From: a virus
DNA length: 38,166 nt
Virus record (IMG/VR): IMGVR_UViG_3300014039_000009
Span: 1-38,166 of that record
Strand: one strand, 5' to 3'
The number at the start of each line of letters is the position of its first letter. The first letter of the stretch is position 1. The position numbers and the translations under genes were made by a program. The notes beneath the pieces were generated by a model. It was not told where the DNA came from, searched no databases, and was given only the letters and a program-made list of their open reading frames with translations. Shown here one piece after another: positions 1-9,699 of this stretch.

Positions 1-99
1 AGACTAAATAAAAAAGGCGAGCAGTTCCCTTTTTGTGTTCAACGAAGAGAAGCTGAAGATAAATTTAACTATGTTTGTATCATCATCAAGAAAGAACCC
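1..99. repeat. Left copy of 99-nt exact terminal direct repeat (circular-closure overlap)
   Basis: nt 1..99 are identical by eye to nt 38068..38166. Confidence 0.95.
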
Positions 100-321
100 G
101 AAGTTAAGTATGTTCCTTTCGATTTATCAAAAAAGGAAGACAGGGACTTTCTAAGAGATAAGTGGGTAAGACACAAGGAACGCCATGTCGAGTTTGTAAT
201 TAGAGAATTTTCTTCTAATGAAAGTGGCAAGTGGAACACCTATTGCTGTTCAGCTAAAAGTCTTTTCAAAAACTACACATTTTTAGACGGCACACCGGTA
301 GGGAAGAAGGTGGAAGAGTAA
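1..321 (+). CDS. 3' part of the junction-spanning CDS (continues 37921..38067); hypothetical two-domain early protein
   Basis: Frame 1 is open from nt 1 to the TAA at 319..321 and is in phase with the ORF starting at ATG 37921. Joined length is 155 aa. Confidence 0.7.
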   Translation, partial: RLNKKGEQFPFCVQRREAEDKFNYVCIIIKKEPEVKYVPFDLSKKEDRDFLRDKWVRHKERHVEFVIREFSSNESGKWNTYCCSAKSLFKNYTFLDGTPVGKKVEE

Positions 322-324
322 ACC

Positions 325-555
325 ATGGTAGACATGAAGGGCAAGAAGAAGGGCTCTACATGTAGGCTTGTATGCATCTCTTATGCAGATGCATATGAGC
401 TCCCGATATTATTCACAAGCAGTTTAGACGAGATTTCGGAATTTACAGGCGTTAAGAAAAAATCAGTAGCCGAGCAGTTATGCAGACAGAGAAGAAAACA
501 TACACCAGTCATTTGTATCGGTGGCTTCCATGTAGAGCAATTAGAGAAGATGTGA
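325..555 (+). CDS. Small hypothetical protein, possible HTH/DNA-binding
   Basis: 76-aa ORF. The segment LPILFTSSLDEISEFTGVKKKSVAEQL resembles the short DNA-binding modules found in phage regulators and homing-endonuclease tails. A terminator follows. Confidence 0.5.
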   Translation: MVDMKGKKKGSTCRLVCISYADAYELPILFTSSLDEISEFTGVKKKSVAEQLCRQRRKHTPVICIGGFHVEQLEKM

Positions 556-579
556 CAATTTGTCACAGTGTATTTTTTT
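551..579 (+). terminator. Rho-independent terminator
   Basis: tgtgaca-att-tgtcaca forms a 7-bp stem, followed by gtgtattttttt. Confidence 0.6.
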
Positions 580-601
580 GGAGAGAAAGAGATGGGTGTA
601 T

Positions 602-739
602 ATGAAGAATATATTTAAATTAATTTTACAAATCTTGTTTGCTCTTTTAGAGGTCGTTCTATGTGCAATTTTCTTATACATAGTTATCAGTGTAGGACTG
701 CCTCTAATTAATCAAATTAGCAATATGAAAAGGATATGA
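602..739 (+). CDS. Possible 45-aa hydrophobic peptide (not in ORF track)
   Basis: Hand translation gives MKNIFKLILQILFALLEVVLCAIFLYIVISVGLPLINQISNMKRI, with a single predicted TM segment. The RBS is weak. Confidence 0.3.
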   Translation: MKNIFKLILQILFALLEVVLCAIFLYIVISVGLPLINQISNMKRI

Positions 740-746
740 AAAAGTC

Positions 747-1304
747 ATGAAAAAAACATCATTAACAGAAATAGGGACATTCTTTAGAGATACAGTTACT
801 CCAGCCACAAGTTGGGTCTGCATGGATATGGACGGCATTCACATTTATGATGCCTCGGCAGGAGCAGATTATGCTCACTCTCCAAATTTTAATCATGCTG
901 TTGGTACTTGGGACGCAAACGGTAATAAAGAAATTGCCACTCTACACATAGCTATCAAATACATTAATATTCGTAATTACACTATGTATAAAGATATCTT
1001 ATTCTCTAAGTGTATAGAGTGTGTAAATATTAATATTCTAGATAATATATATAATACGAGCGTAAGACAAAAAAAGGCTCATAACAAATCAAAAGTTATT
1101 GCTTATTTTGTAGACGGTTCAACGATTCTTTTTGATTCGAAAGTTGAAGCTAAAAATTTCTTTGGTCTAAAAAGAACAGAGCAAATCAACAGATATATCG
1201 AATCAGGTAATCCTCTCCCCGACGGCACTACTACTATAGATGAGGCTTGTGACGATGCTTTCGTTCATAAGATTTTTAACCAAAAATCAAGTTCAAAATT
1301 TTGA
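747..1304 (+). CDS. Hypothetical protein with a C-terminal NUMOD/IENR-like DNA-binding tail
   Basis: 185 aa. The C-terminal segment KVIAYFVDGSTILFDSKVEAKNFFGLKRTEQINRYIESG follows the pattern seen in DNA-binding tails of phage homing endonucleases. No nuclease motif is visible. Confidence 0.6.
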   Translation: MKKTSLTEIGTFFRDTVTPATSWVCMDMDGIHIYDASAGADYAHSPNFNHAVGTWDANGNKEIATLHIAIKYINIRNYTMYKDILFSKCIECVNINILDNIYNTSVRQKKAHNKSKVIAYFVDGSTILFDSKVEAKNFFGLKRTEQINRYIESGNPLPDGTTTIDEACDDAFVHKIFNQKSSSKF

Positions 1305-1499
1305 AATCCAACTTTTATGCATTAGAGATTTACCCCACATCTTATAATGCAGGTGTTGATATCTTCTTTCCTCCAAAAAAAAGAGGTGCAACAATTGCTG
1401 ATTTTCATTATCGAGGTGCCTTTTTTATAGCCTTATCTTCAAGCGACAGCTATTGGCGACCCGTTTGTTAATTAAAAAAAGACAAAAGGAGTTTTCAAT

Positions 1500-2108
1500 T
1501 TGAAAGTTTTTGAAGCAAATATCAAAGATATAAAACCTTATCCAAATAACCCTAGAATCATAACTAATGAGGCAATAGAGAAGGTTGCAAACTCAATTAA
1601 AGAATTTGGAATGCAACAACCAATTGTTGTTGATAAAGACATGGTTATAATCGTCGGTCATACCCGATTAAAGGCTTGCGAATCTTTGGGCATGGGAACA
1701 GTTCCTTGTGTTATTGCAGACAATCTCTCCGAGGAGCAAGTTAAAGCCTATCGATTAGCCGATAACAAAACGAACGAATTTACAGATTGGAATTTAGAGT
1801 TACTTGATTTTGAATTAGAGGATTTATTTAAAGATAACTTCGATATGGAGCAGTTCGGATTTGAGCTTGATTCAACAGACGACTCTAAGGATTACGGCAC
1901 AGATTTTACTCTTCCTGACGGGGATAAACCAGAAATCTGTCAGATGACTTTTACACTGCATGAACAACAAAAAGAGTTAATAGACGAAGCATTAGGATTA
2001 ATTGGTGATAATTTTCAGGAGACTTTTGGTAATACAAATAAAAACGGTAATGCATTATACGAGGTAGTCAGAGAATGGGTAGAGCTAAAGAAATCGTCGT
2101 TAAGGTAA
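1500..2108 (+). CDS. ParB-like nuclease domain (ParB/Srx fold) protein
   Basis: TTG start preceded by AAGGAG. Motifs IKPYPNNPR and VGHTRLKA are typical of ParB N-terminal domains. Confidence 0.85.
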   Translation: MKVFEANIKDIKPYPNNPRIITNEAIEKVANSIKEFGMQQPIVVDKDMVIIVGHTRLKACESLGMGTVPCVIADNLSEEQVKAYRLADNKTNEFTDWNLELLDFELEDLFKDNFDMEQFGFELDSTDDSKDYGTDFTLPDGDKPEICQMTFTLHEQQKELIDEALGLIGDNFQETFGNTNKNGNALYEVVREWVELKKSSLR

Positions 2109-2791
2109 TACCTGCAAATATTGCAGTTCCTTTCGTAAAAAAACATCACTATAGCGGTAAAGTTGTCCCTAATAGCCAGCTCCATTTTGGAGCATTTCTT
2201 GACGGCAAACTTCATGGCGTCATGTCTTATGGTCCAAGCCTAAACAAAAAAGGGACAATTAACCTTGTTAAAGATACTGGCTGGAATGAATTCTTAGAAT
2301 TAAACAGGATGGCGTTTGATGATTATCTTCCTCGAAACTCAGAGAGCAGATGCATTTCTCAAAGTATAAAATTAATCAAAAAAAATGCGCCCCAAATCAA
2401 ATGGCTTATTTCTTTTGCAGATGGTTGTAGTTGTGGAGACGGAACTATTTACAGGGCGAGTAATTTCGTTCTAACAGATATAAGAGAGAATGATTCTTTG
2501 TTAATAGACCCTCAGACAGGCGAAAAGATTCATCATATTTCTTGTTGGCATAAGGGCATCAGAGATTTATCTAAGTTTAAACCCTTAAAAGGTTATCAAC
2601 TCAGATATGTCTATTTTATTGACAAATCCTACAGACAAAAATTAACAGTTCCTGAAATTCCTTTTTCTAGAATTGACGAGCTAGGTGCAGGCATGTACAA
2701 AGGCGAAAGAGTAACAGTCGAAGAACGACACGAACAAGGAAAGCTCACACTTGAAGAGAAAAACGAAACTAAAGAGGAATCTGAAACTTGA
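2075..2791 (+). CDS. Mom-like GNAT-fold acyltransferase (candidate DNA adenine-modification enzyme)
   Basis: The motif order FVKKHHYSGK ... FLELNRMA ... PRNSESRCISQSIKLI ... ISFAD ... GTIYRASNF matches my recollection of the Mom family. It overlaps the ParB-like gene by 34 nt. Confidence 0.6.
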   Translation: MGRAKEIVVKVIPANIAVPFVKKHHYSGKVVPNSQLHFGAFLDGKLHGVMSYGPSLNKKGTINLVKDTGWNEFLELNRMAFDDYLPRNSESRCISQSIKLIKKNAPQIKWLISFADGCSCGDGTIYRASNFVLTDIRENDSLLIDPQTGEKIHHISCWHKGIRDLSKFKPLKGYQLRYVYFIDKSYRQKLTVPEIPFSRIDELGAGMYKGERVTVEERHEQGKLTLEEKNETKEESET

Positions 2792-3234
2792 GCAAAAACT
2801 CCGCCTATCCCGAATTAAATAAAGCATCTTTCGAAACTCTTCTCCGATTACAATTCACACGAGAAGAGGTTCTTGTTTTTTTTGGGAAATCAAAAACGAG
2901 TCTAATCGAATGGGTTAAGAAAGAATATGAAGGAAGAACCTTTGAAGATGTCAAGCAAATGTGCACAATGCAGACACAAGTTAGATTGAAATCGACCGCT
3001 TTAAAAATGTCAGAAAAGAATCCTGCTGTTATGATTTTCCTTTTGAAATCAATTTGCCGAATGACAGAAGAAACTCCAGTACAGAAAGAGAACAACGATA
3101 AGAATGTTATATCTTTCACAAACTCAATCAAGATTGCAACTAAGGCTCTAGCCTCAACAGATAATAGCCCTTATATCGCGGGGCTACCAGAAAAGACAAA
3201 TAACAACGATAACGAAAATCAAGACCATGAATAA
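2788..3234 (+). CDS. terS: Terminase small subunit
   Basis: TTGA overlap with the upstream gene and position just before terL. It has an HTH-like N-terminus and the NPAVMIFLLKS motif typical of TerS. Confidence 0.7.
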   Translation: MSKNSAYPELNKASFETLLRLQFTREEVLVFFGKSKTSLIEWVKKEYEGRTFEDVKQMCTMQTQVRLKSTALKMSEKNPAVMIFLLKSICRMTEETPVQKENNDKNVISFTNSIKIATKALASTDNSPYIAGLPEKTNNNDNENQDHE

Positions 3235-4552
3235 AAAGACTCCCAAAAAGCATACTCGTCAAATAATGCAAATTCCTGAATGGAAATTCTCCCCGAGGCA
3301 GTTAATTTCTATGTATTGGTGGACAGACCCTCGATATAGTTATTGCGCTGGCATCATAGCAGACGGAGCAGTAAGAAGTGGAAAGACAGTTGCTCTATCT
3401 TTTGGCTTTTTGATTTGGTCTATGTCAAATTTTAATAACCAAAATTTCGCAATGTGCGGTAAAACCATTCAATCTTTTAATCGTAACGTCTTAACTGGCA
3501 TGGCGAAGATGTGTTTTTCTCTCGGGCTTTATATTCAGCATTACAAGTCCGAGAATTTGGTTGTAATTTGGAACTCAGACAGGAGTGTTGTTAATAGCTA
3601 TTATATTTTCGGTGGTAAAGATGAAGGCTCACAAGATTTAATTCAGGGCATCACTCTTGCAGGCTTACTATTAGACGAGGTCACTCTCATGCCAGAGAGT
3701 TTCGTTAATCAGGCTTTGGCTAGATGTTCTGTCACAAATGCTAAGGTATGGATGAATTGCAATCCCGAGGGCAATCAGCATTACATCAAGCGTCGATTCA
3801 TCGATAACTATAACAAGCTTCAATTTTTATACATGCATTTCACAATGAATGACAATTTCACACTATCTCCCGAGCGCCGAGAATATTACGATAGGCAATA
3901 TACAGGCTTATTCTATCGACGATATATCCTCGGAGAATGGTGTCTAGCCAGTGGCTTGGTTATGTCTTCTTTCAATCCTGATACAATGATTTACAACGAG
4001 GACGACCCCGAAGAGAGTTACACCGTTTCTTTTTCTGCAGGTGACTATGGCACAACGAATCCGACAGCTTTCTTGTGGTTAAGCTATAATGCAGAGAGAG
4101 ATTGCTTTGATGTTAGAGACGAGTTTTATTATGCCTCTCGACAGACAGAAATCCAAAAGAGTGACATTGAATATTGCGAGATGCTTATAGAATGGGTAAG
4201 AGGCAAGAGCATACAGAGAGCCTATGTTGACCCGTCGGCAGCATCTTTTGCAGTTGCTTTAAAACAAGCTCATGTTTTTAACAGGCTTGAAAAGGCAAAT
4301 AACGATGTTTTAGATGGCATACGTTGGACGAACTCTCTATTTGCCCTTGGATTATTGAGAGTTAATCGAAAATGCAAGAATCTAATTCGAGAACTTGGAG
4401 TTTACTCATGGGACGACGAAAAGAGTGAAAAGAGTGGAGAAGATTGTGTTATTAAGATTGATGACCATGCTGTAGATGCCTTGAGATATGCTTGTATGAC
4501 TGAAATTTATGGACGAAAGACACAGTATGGGCTGAAGCATATAGGCTTGTGA
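3227..4552 (+). CDS. terL: Terminase large subunit
   Basis: Walker A GAVRSGKT, Walker B LLLDEV, and C-terminal nuclease motif DDHAVDALRY. Confidence 0.95.
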   Translation: MNKKTPKKHTRQIMQIPEWKFSPRQLISMYWWTDPRYSYCAGIIADGAVRSGKTVALSFGFLIWSMSNFNNQNFAMCGKTIQSFNRNVLTGMAKMCFSLGLYIQHYKSENLVVIWNSDRSVVNSYYIFGGKDEGSQDLIQGITLAGLLLDEVTLMPESFVNQALARCSVTNAKVWMNCNPEGNQHYIKRRFIDNYNKLQFLYMHFTMNDNFTLSPERREYYDRQYTGLFYRRYILGEWCLASGLVMSSFNPDTMIYNEDDPEESYTVSFSAGDYGTTNPTAFLWLSYNAERDCFDVRDEFYYASRQTEIQKSDIEYCEMLIEWVRGKSIQRAYVDPSAASFAVALKQAHVFNRLEKANNDVLDGIRWTNSLFALGLLRVNRKCKNLIRELGVYSWDDEKSEKSGEDCVIKIDDHAVDALRYACMTEIYGRKTQYGLKHIGL

Positions 4553-4577
4553 TGATAGGGATAGGAGAAAAAAATAG

Positions 4578-6017
4578 ATGGGCTTTTTCTCGAAGTTGAA
4601 GGAGTTTTTTGGCAATATGTTTTCAAGAGAAGATATTAAAAAAGTTACTGGAGTGCCCCCACAGATTGCTAGTGGAATGGTTTCTGAGATTGAGTTATGG
4701 AGAGATATATATAGCAACACTCCTCCATGGAAGAAAGACCAAGAATTTGACAAATGCACAGGCTTTGCAAAAACTGTCTGCTCTGATATAGCTCGAAAAG
4801 CTACCGTCGAATCAAACATCTCAACAGGCAACGAAGAAGTTGATAAAACTCTACAACCATTTTTAAGTTCTCTTACTGACAAAGTCGAAAAAACTCTTGC
4901 ACTTGGTGGCAGTGTTGTTCGACCTTTTTTTGATGATAATAAAAGAATTATCGCGACGACTTGGTATCCTGCAGATAGACTTGTGCCTCTTGCATGGGAA
5001 GGAGAGACCCTTGTTTCTGTTGCTCTTTTGGATTATGTAAAAGTCGCCGAAATGGAAGGAAAGACATATGTAAAAGTTGAATCACATATTTGGAATCAGA
5101 ATGCAGAAACGATTACTAGCAAGGCATTTCAGTATCAGAACGGGACTTTTGGAGCAGAAGTTCCTCTTTCTGTTGTTAGGGAATGGGAGAATATAACACC
5201 AGAACCTATATTAATTGAAAATATTGAACACCCTCTTTTTACATATGTAAGAACACCAATAGCAAATAATATTGACGGCTCTTTTGTTGGTGTATCTTTA
5301 TTTTCAAATGCAATAGACCAAATAGAAGAGTTGGATAAGAATTTCTCATCCATGGTATGGGAGAGAAGAGCTGGAGATTCGAAGGTATTTTTATCAGATT
5401 CTATGATTCCTCAGCGTAAAACATCCGACGGCAGATATGTGGACGATTTATCAGTATTTGATAGAAAGTTATACAAGAAATTAGAGGGTGGTATAGAGCA
5501 AGGCAATGCACTATTTGAAACAGTTTCACCAACATTAAGATTTGAGCAATATGTCAAGGAGGCTGATTCTATCATCTCTCTTGCTTGTAAGAATATGTCT
5601 CTAGATGCAAAAGCCTTCCTTGTCGACAGACAGGGCAATCCGGTAACAGCAGAGCAAATCTTAAGCGAGAAAAACGAAACTTATACAACTATTCTAGCTT
5701 TGCAAGAAAAGATGCTTATTCCTGCAATCTATCATCTTTTGGATAATATCCGAGCATTACAGACCCTCTATTCAGTCTCTCCAAAACTACCAGAAAATAA
5801 CGAAGATATTGCAATTACATTCGGTGACTCTGTAATGATTGATGAGCAGACCGAGAAGAAGACAGCTATGGAAGAGGTCACTCGAGGAGTTAGGAGTAAA
5901 CTCTCTTATCTTATGGAATATAGAAATCTTTCAGAAGAAGAGGCTATCAAAGAGTTAGAGAGAATTAAGGCTGATACTCCGTCAATTGATTATTTTGGAA
6001 ATGAAGCTGGAGTCTAA
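4578..6017 (+). CDS. Portal protein (SPP1 gp6-like)
   Basis: 479 aa, immediately after terL, with an AGGAG RBS. Confidence 0.85.
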   Translation: MGFFSKLKEFFGNMFSREDIKKVTGVPPQIASGMVSEIELWRDIYSNTPPWKKDQEFDKCTGFAKTVCSDIARKATVESNISTGNEEVDKTLQPFLSSLTDKVEKTLALGGSVVRPFFDDNKRIIATTWYPADRLVPLAWEGETLVSVALLDYVKVAEMEGKTYVKVESHIWNQNAETITSKAFQYQNGTFGAEVPLSVVREWENITPEPILIENIEHPLFTYVRTPIANNIDGSFVGVSLFSNAIDQIEELDKNFSSMVWERRAGDSKVFLSDSMIPQRKTSDGRYVDDLSVFDRKLYKKLEGGIEQGNALFETVSPTLRFEQYVKEADSIISLACKNMSLDAKAFLVDRQGNPVTAEQILSEKNETYTTILALQEKMLIPAIYHLLDNIRALQTLYSVSPKLPENNEDIAITFGDSVMIDEQTEKKTAMEEVTRGVRSKLSYLMEYRNLSEEEAIKELERIKADTPSIDYFGNEAGV

Positions 6018-6032
6018 GAAAAGAAAAATAAA

Positions 6033-7163
6033 ATGTTAACGCCAACCGATTTTAGAGAAATAGAAAGTGAAGTTTCACGAATTTATTCTGATATCGAGAC
6101 AGATTTAGTTAGAGCAATCTGTCGATATGTTGCCAAACACGAAGGCGATATCTCTATCGAAGAATGGCGAGCAAAAAAAAATATCGGTTGGTCTTCTTTT
6201 AAGCTTAATCTTGAAAAGATAGCATCAGTCGACTCTAAAAAAATATCAAAACAAATAGATACCCTCGTTGAAAAGGTTATCAATAAAAACAATGCGTCCG
6301 ACCAAAAAATAATAAAAGCAATACATGAATACAAGAAAGATTCAGAGCAAGAAGTAAAAATTGAACCTACACAAATTCAAAAAGAAAAAATTCGTGCAAT
6401 TATCGAAAATGCAAAGAATGGCATCAATCTGACAAATACAAGAGCAATTACAAATTCTCAAAGAATATTTGAGAGTGCAGTTAATAGAGCATACATAGAA
6501 GTCTTTGAGGGAAATCAAACCTTATCAAATGCAGTTGCAAAAGCTACGAAACAATTAGCAAGAGAAGGAATTACTGTTGCCAATTATAGCACATCTGGAA
6601 GACCTTATCAAATGTCAATAGATGCAGTTGTTAGAAGGAATGTTGTAACATCTGTTGCTCAGGCAACCTCTCAAATGACCTTAGAGACGGCTCAACAGAA
6701 TAATTGCGATTTGGTTAAAACCTCGGCACACCTTGGAGCAAGACCTGAGCATTATTTATGGCAGGGTAAAGTTTTTTCGATCTCGGGCACGAGTGATAAA
6801 TATCCTTATCTTTCAGACCCTCAAGAATCAGGAGGGACAGGTTATGGTACAGTGGATGGGCTATGTGGTTGCAATTGTAGGCATTTTTTCTTTCCTTACG
6901 TCGAAGGCTTTAATCCTGCATCTTATGGCATAGAAGATGCTACAGCATCAGAGAATGAAGAGATTTATCAAGCTACCCAAAAACAAAGATATTTAGAACG
7001 AGAGGTTCGTTCATGGAAAAGAGTGTTAAAAGTGTCACAAGACCAAAAAAACGCAAACGATATAAATACTGCGAATTTAAAAATTCAGGAATACGAAAGC
7101 AGAATAAAATTGCTTACAACTAAGTATGGAATCCCTCGACAGAAAGAGAGAGAGGAAGTTTGA
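6033..7163 (+). CDS. Minor head / head-morphogenesis protein (SPP1 gp7 / Mu F-like)
   Basis: Position after the portal gene and the motif GLCGCNCRHFFFPY typical of this family. Confidence 0.8.
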   Translation: MLTPTDFREIESEVSRIYSDIETDLVRAICRYVAKHEGDISIEEWRAKKNIGWSSFKLNLEKIASVDSKKISKQIDTLVEKVINKNNASDQKIIKAIHEYKKDSEQEVKIEPTQIQKEKIRAIIENAKNGINLTNTRAITNSQRIFESAVNRAYIEVFEGNQTLSNAVAKATKQLAREGITVANYSTSGRPYQMSIDAVVRRNVVTSVAQATSQMTLETAQQNNCDLVKTSAHLGARPEHYLWQGKVFSISGTSDKYPYLSDPQESGGTGYGTVDGLCGCNCRHFFFPYVEGFNPASYGIEDATASENEEIYQATQKQRYLEREVRSWKRVLKVSQDQKNANDINTANLKIQEYESRIKLLTTKYGIPRQKEREEV

Positions 7164-7299
7164 AATCCATTGAATTGCAAATTATGTAAATTGTTAGACG
7201 CTATCCTTTTAATTGCCTTAGAGCTAAAGGCATATAAAAAGCTCTATCTCAAACATTAGAGGGGAGAACTCTATAAAAAACTCAAAAGGAGATAATGGT

Positions 7300-7893
7300 A
7301 TGGCTATCAAAGGTTTAGCAGATTTGCTAAAGAAATTCAAAAGCAACGAAATTGACGAAGCAAAGTTTGAAGAAGAATTCGGAAAAAATCTCGCAACAGA
7401 GTTTATTCCAAAGTCTAAATACAACGAACTTTCAGAGGCAAAGAAAGTTGCAGAGAAGAATTTAGAAAGTGCAAATGTTACTCTCGAAGAACTCAAAAAG
7501 AATGCAGGGCTTTCTGATGAGTATAAAAAGCAAATCGAAGAACTTAAGTCCTCAAATAGCAAGGCACAAGAAGAATATCAGGCACAGTTGAAAAAGTTAA
7601 GAATTGATTCTGCAATTGATAGTGCTCTATCTAATGCAAAAGCAAGAAATATTAAGGCAACTAAGGCACTCTTAGACCCTTCAAAGATTATTGTTTCTGA
7701 TAGTGGAGAAGTTACAGGAATCAAAGAACAACTCGAATCAATCGTGAAAGACAACCCTTTCTTGTTCGAATCTAAGACAGAAGAAAAACCTCGTTTTGGT
7801 AATGGCAAAAGTAGAACGAATGATGATGGTTCAAAGCCAACGCTAGAAGCTCTAATGATGCAGGCTGCAGGTTTATCATCTTCTGAAAAGTAA
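7300..7893 (+). CDS. Scaffolding protein
   Basis: 197 aa, rich in K/E with a coiled-coil character, directly upstream of the capsid gene. Confidence 0.75.
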   Translation: MAIKGLADLLKKFKSNEIDEAKFEEEFGKNLATEFIPKSKYNELSEAKKVAEKNLESANVTLEELKKNAGLSDEYKKQIEELKSSNSKAQEEYQAQLKKLRIDSAIDSALSNAKARNIKATKALLDPSKIIVSDSGEVTGIKEQLESIVKDNPFLFESKTEEKPRFGNGKSRTNDDGSKPTLEALMMQAAGLSSSEK

Positions 7894-7925
7894 AAAAACA
7901 ACCATAAATAGGAGAAATAAAGATT

Positions 7926-8840
7926 ATGGCTAATTCAATCGCTTCTGTTCAGGAATATTTGAATTCGATTATTGAACAGACTTATAGAATGGCATCTCTT
8001 ACAACATTCCTTGATACTCAGGGAGTTGAAGTTAATGCCTTTGCAAATGCAAAAACTGTTAATGTTCCAAAACTCGTTCTTGAGGGCCTCTCTGATTATA
8101 ATAGGTCCTCTGGCTACACATCAGGTGATGCTACTCTTACTTATGTGCCTTATACTCTCACAAAGGATAGAGGCAAGAAATTCATGCTCGATGCTGTAGA
8201 TAATATCGAATCTGCTGGCGTTGCTCTTGCAAATCTTGCTTCAACATTCCTTCGTGATTACGTTGTTCCAGAACTCGATGCTTATAGATTCTCTCAGTAT
8301 GTAGATGGTGCAGACTCTGGACAGGTAAAAGCTCAGGCTCTTACTAAATCTAATATTATCGGAGCTATTGATGATGCAAGCTCTGCTCTCACAGATGCCG
8401 AAGTGCCACAGGAGAATAGAATTCTCTTTGTTTCTTCTGCTACAAAGGCTCTCATGATGCAGGCTATGGATTCTTCAAGATTCCATACATCAACAGTTAT
8501 TAATAGAAATATTACAATGTTTGATGATATGCCTCTCGTTGTTGTTCCTTCTGGTCGTTTTTATGACGCCGTAACTCTTAAGACAACAGGTTGGGGGCCT
8601 CGTGAAGCAAGTGGTGCAGGAGTATCTCCAGCAGTTGCAGCAGCAGTTGGTCTTAACTTTATTATGATGGATAGAACAGCACCTCTACAAATTGTAAAGC
8701 ACAACCCTGCAAGAATCTTTTCTCCTGACCAAAATCAGGATGCTGATGCTTGGGTTTACAATTATCGCTGTTATCATGATGCAATCATCAGGAAGAACAA
8801 AGCTAAGGGTGTTTACGTCCACAAGAAGGCTTCAGCTTGA
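7926..8840 (+). CDS. Major capsid protein
   Basis: 304 aa, follows the scaffold gene, strong RBS. Confidence 0.8.
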   Translation: MANSIASVQEYLNSIIEQTYRMASLTTFLDTQGVEVNAFANAKTVNVPKLVLEGLSDYNRSSGYTSGDATLTYVPYTLTKDRGKKFMLDAVDNIESAGVALANLASTFLRDYVVPELDAYRFSQYVDGADSGQVKAQALTKSNIIGAIDDASSALTDAEVPQENRILFVSSATKALMMQAMDSSRFHTSTVINRNITMFDDMPLVVVPSGRFYDAVTLKTTGWGPREASGAGVSPAVAAAVGLNFIMMDRTAPLQIVKHNPARIFSPDQNQDADAWVYNYRCYHDAIIRKNKAKGVYVHKKASA

Positions 8841-8893
8841 TAATGTTTGATTTGTCGAAGTTAAGAGAGAGATAAAAAGGAAAATAGAAAAAC

Positions 8894-9346
8894 ATGGCTT
8901 ATTTGTCATACGAAGAATATAAAGAATTATCACTCGTGCCAGATGAAAAGAGATTATCTGAATCTTTATTCGAGGCTTTCGAAATCTATGCAGAGGTCGT
9001 TATTAACAGTTTTACTTTTGATGCAATCGAAAAATATAATCTGTTGAACGATGAATATTATGCACCGAAGGTTAAGAAGGCTGTAGCTTATCAAATAGAC
9101 TATATGAACGATGAAGAAAACAACTCGGATTCTTCTCTTTCAACTTTTACAAAAGAGGGGGAGAAGGTTATATCTTCGCACTCTGTTACAGTCGGCGAAA
9201 CAAGTGAATCAATTTCGTATGACAATAGTGCCATTAATTCAAACGGCAACAGCATAGAAAATAGAGCAAGTGGTGGTCTTAAGGTTTCTCCTCTTGCTGT
9301 TCCAATTCTTGCAAAAGTCCGAGCATTAGGCAGGGGGATTAGATGA
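8894..9346 (+). CDS. Head-tail connector/adaptor
   Basis: First gene after the capsid gene; call based on gene order. Confidence 0.55.
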   Translation: MAYLSYEEYKELSLVPDEKRLSESLFEAFEIYAEVVINSFTFDAIEKYNLLNDEYYAPKVKKAVAYQIDYMNDEENNSDSSLSTFTKEGEKVISSHSVTVGETSESISYDNSAINSNGNSIENRASGGLKVSPLAVPILAKVRALGRGIR

Positions 9347-9699
9347 AAAATTCCCAATTACAGTTGATGTTCTCACAATCTGTTTTATGGTCCGAAACAG
9401 TCGAAGCTACTTCTTCACTCCAAGCCGAAACAAATAAAGAGCATAAATTAGAGTGCGTTAGAATTTCAAAAAATAACAGCGGTCGGGCGCTGAATAAGGA
9501 CGGAGAGAGTACTGCCAGTTCTTCAACCCTCTATATCCTTATTGGTTATTCTCTTTGTGACAGCAAGAACGAGTTACCGAATTTAAAAATCGGAGACGAA
9601 ATTACAACTGTTGCAGGGCATATAATGGTTGTTACAGAGATTCGGCAACTCTATGGAGTTAACGGTTCTCTGCATCATCTAGAGGTTGTATTGCAATGA
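9343..9699 (+). CDS. Head closure / head-tail joining protein
   Basis: ATGA overlap with the upstream gene; call based on gene order. Confidence 0.5.
   Translation: MKNSQLQLMFSQSVLWSETVEATSSLQAETNKEHKLECVRISKNNSGRALNKDGESTASSSTLYILIGYSLCDSKNELPNLKIGDEITTVAGHIMVVTEIRQLYGVNGSLHHLEVVLQ

Noticed and set aside
4406-4882. A 158-aa minus-strand ORF antisense to the terL-portal junction. The same applies to other antisense or alternate-frame track ORFs inside structural genes, such as 7224..7562, 7578..7901, 13784..14098 and 2805..3131.
   Set aside because: They lie entirely within strongly supported plus-strand genes, lack RBSs and have Ser/Leu/Phe-rich antisense-type composition.
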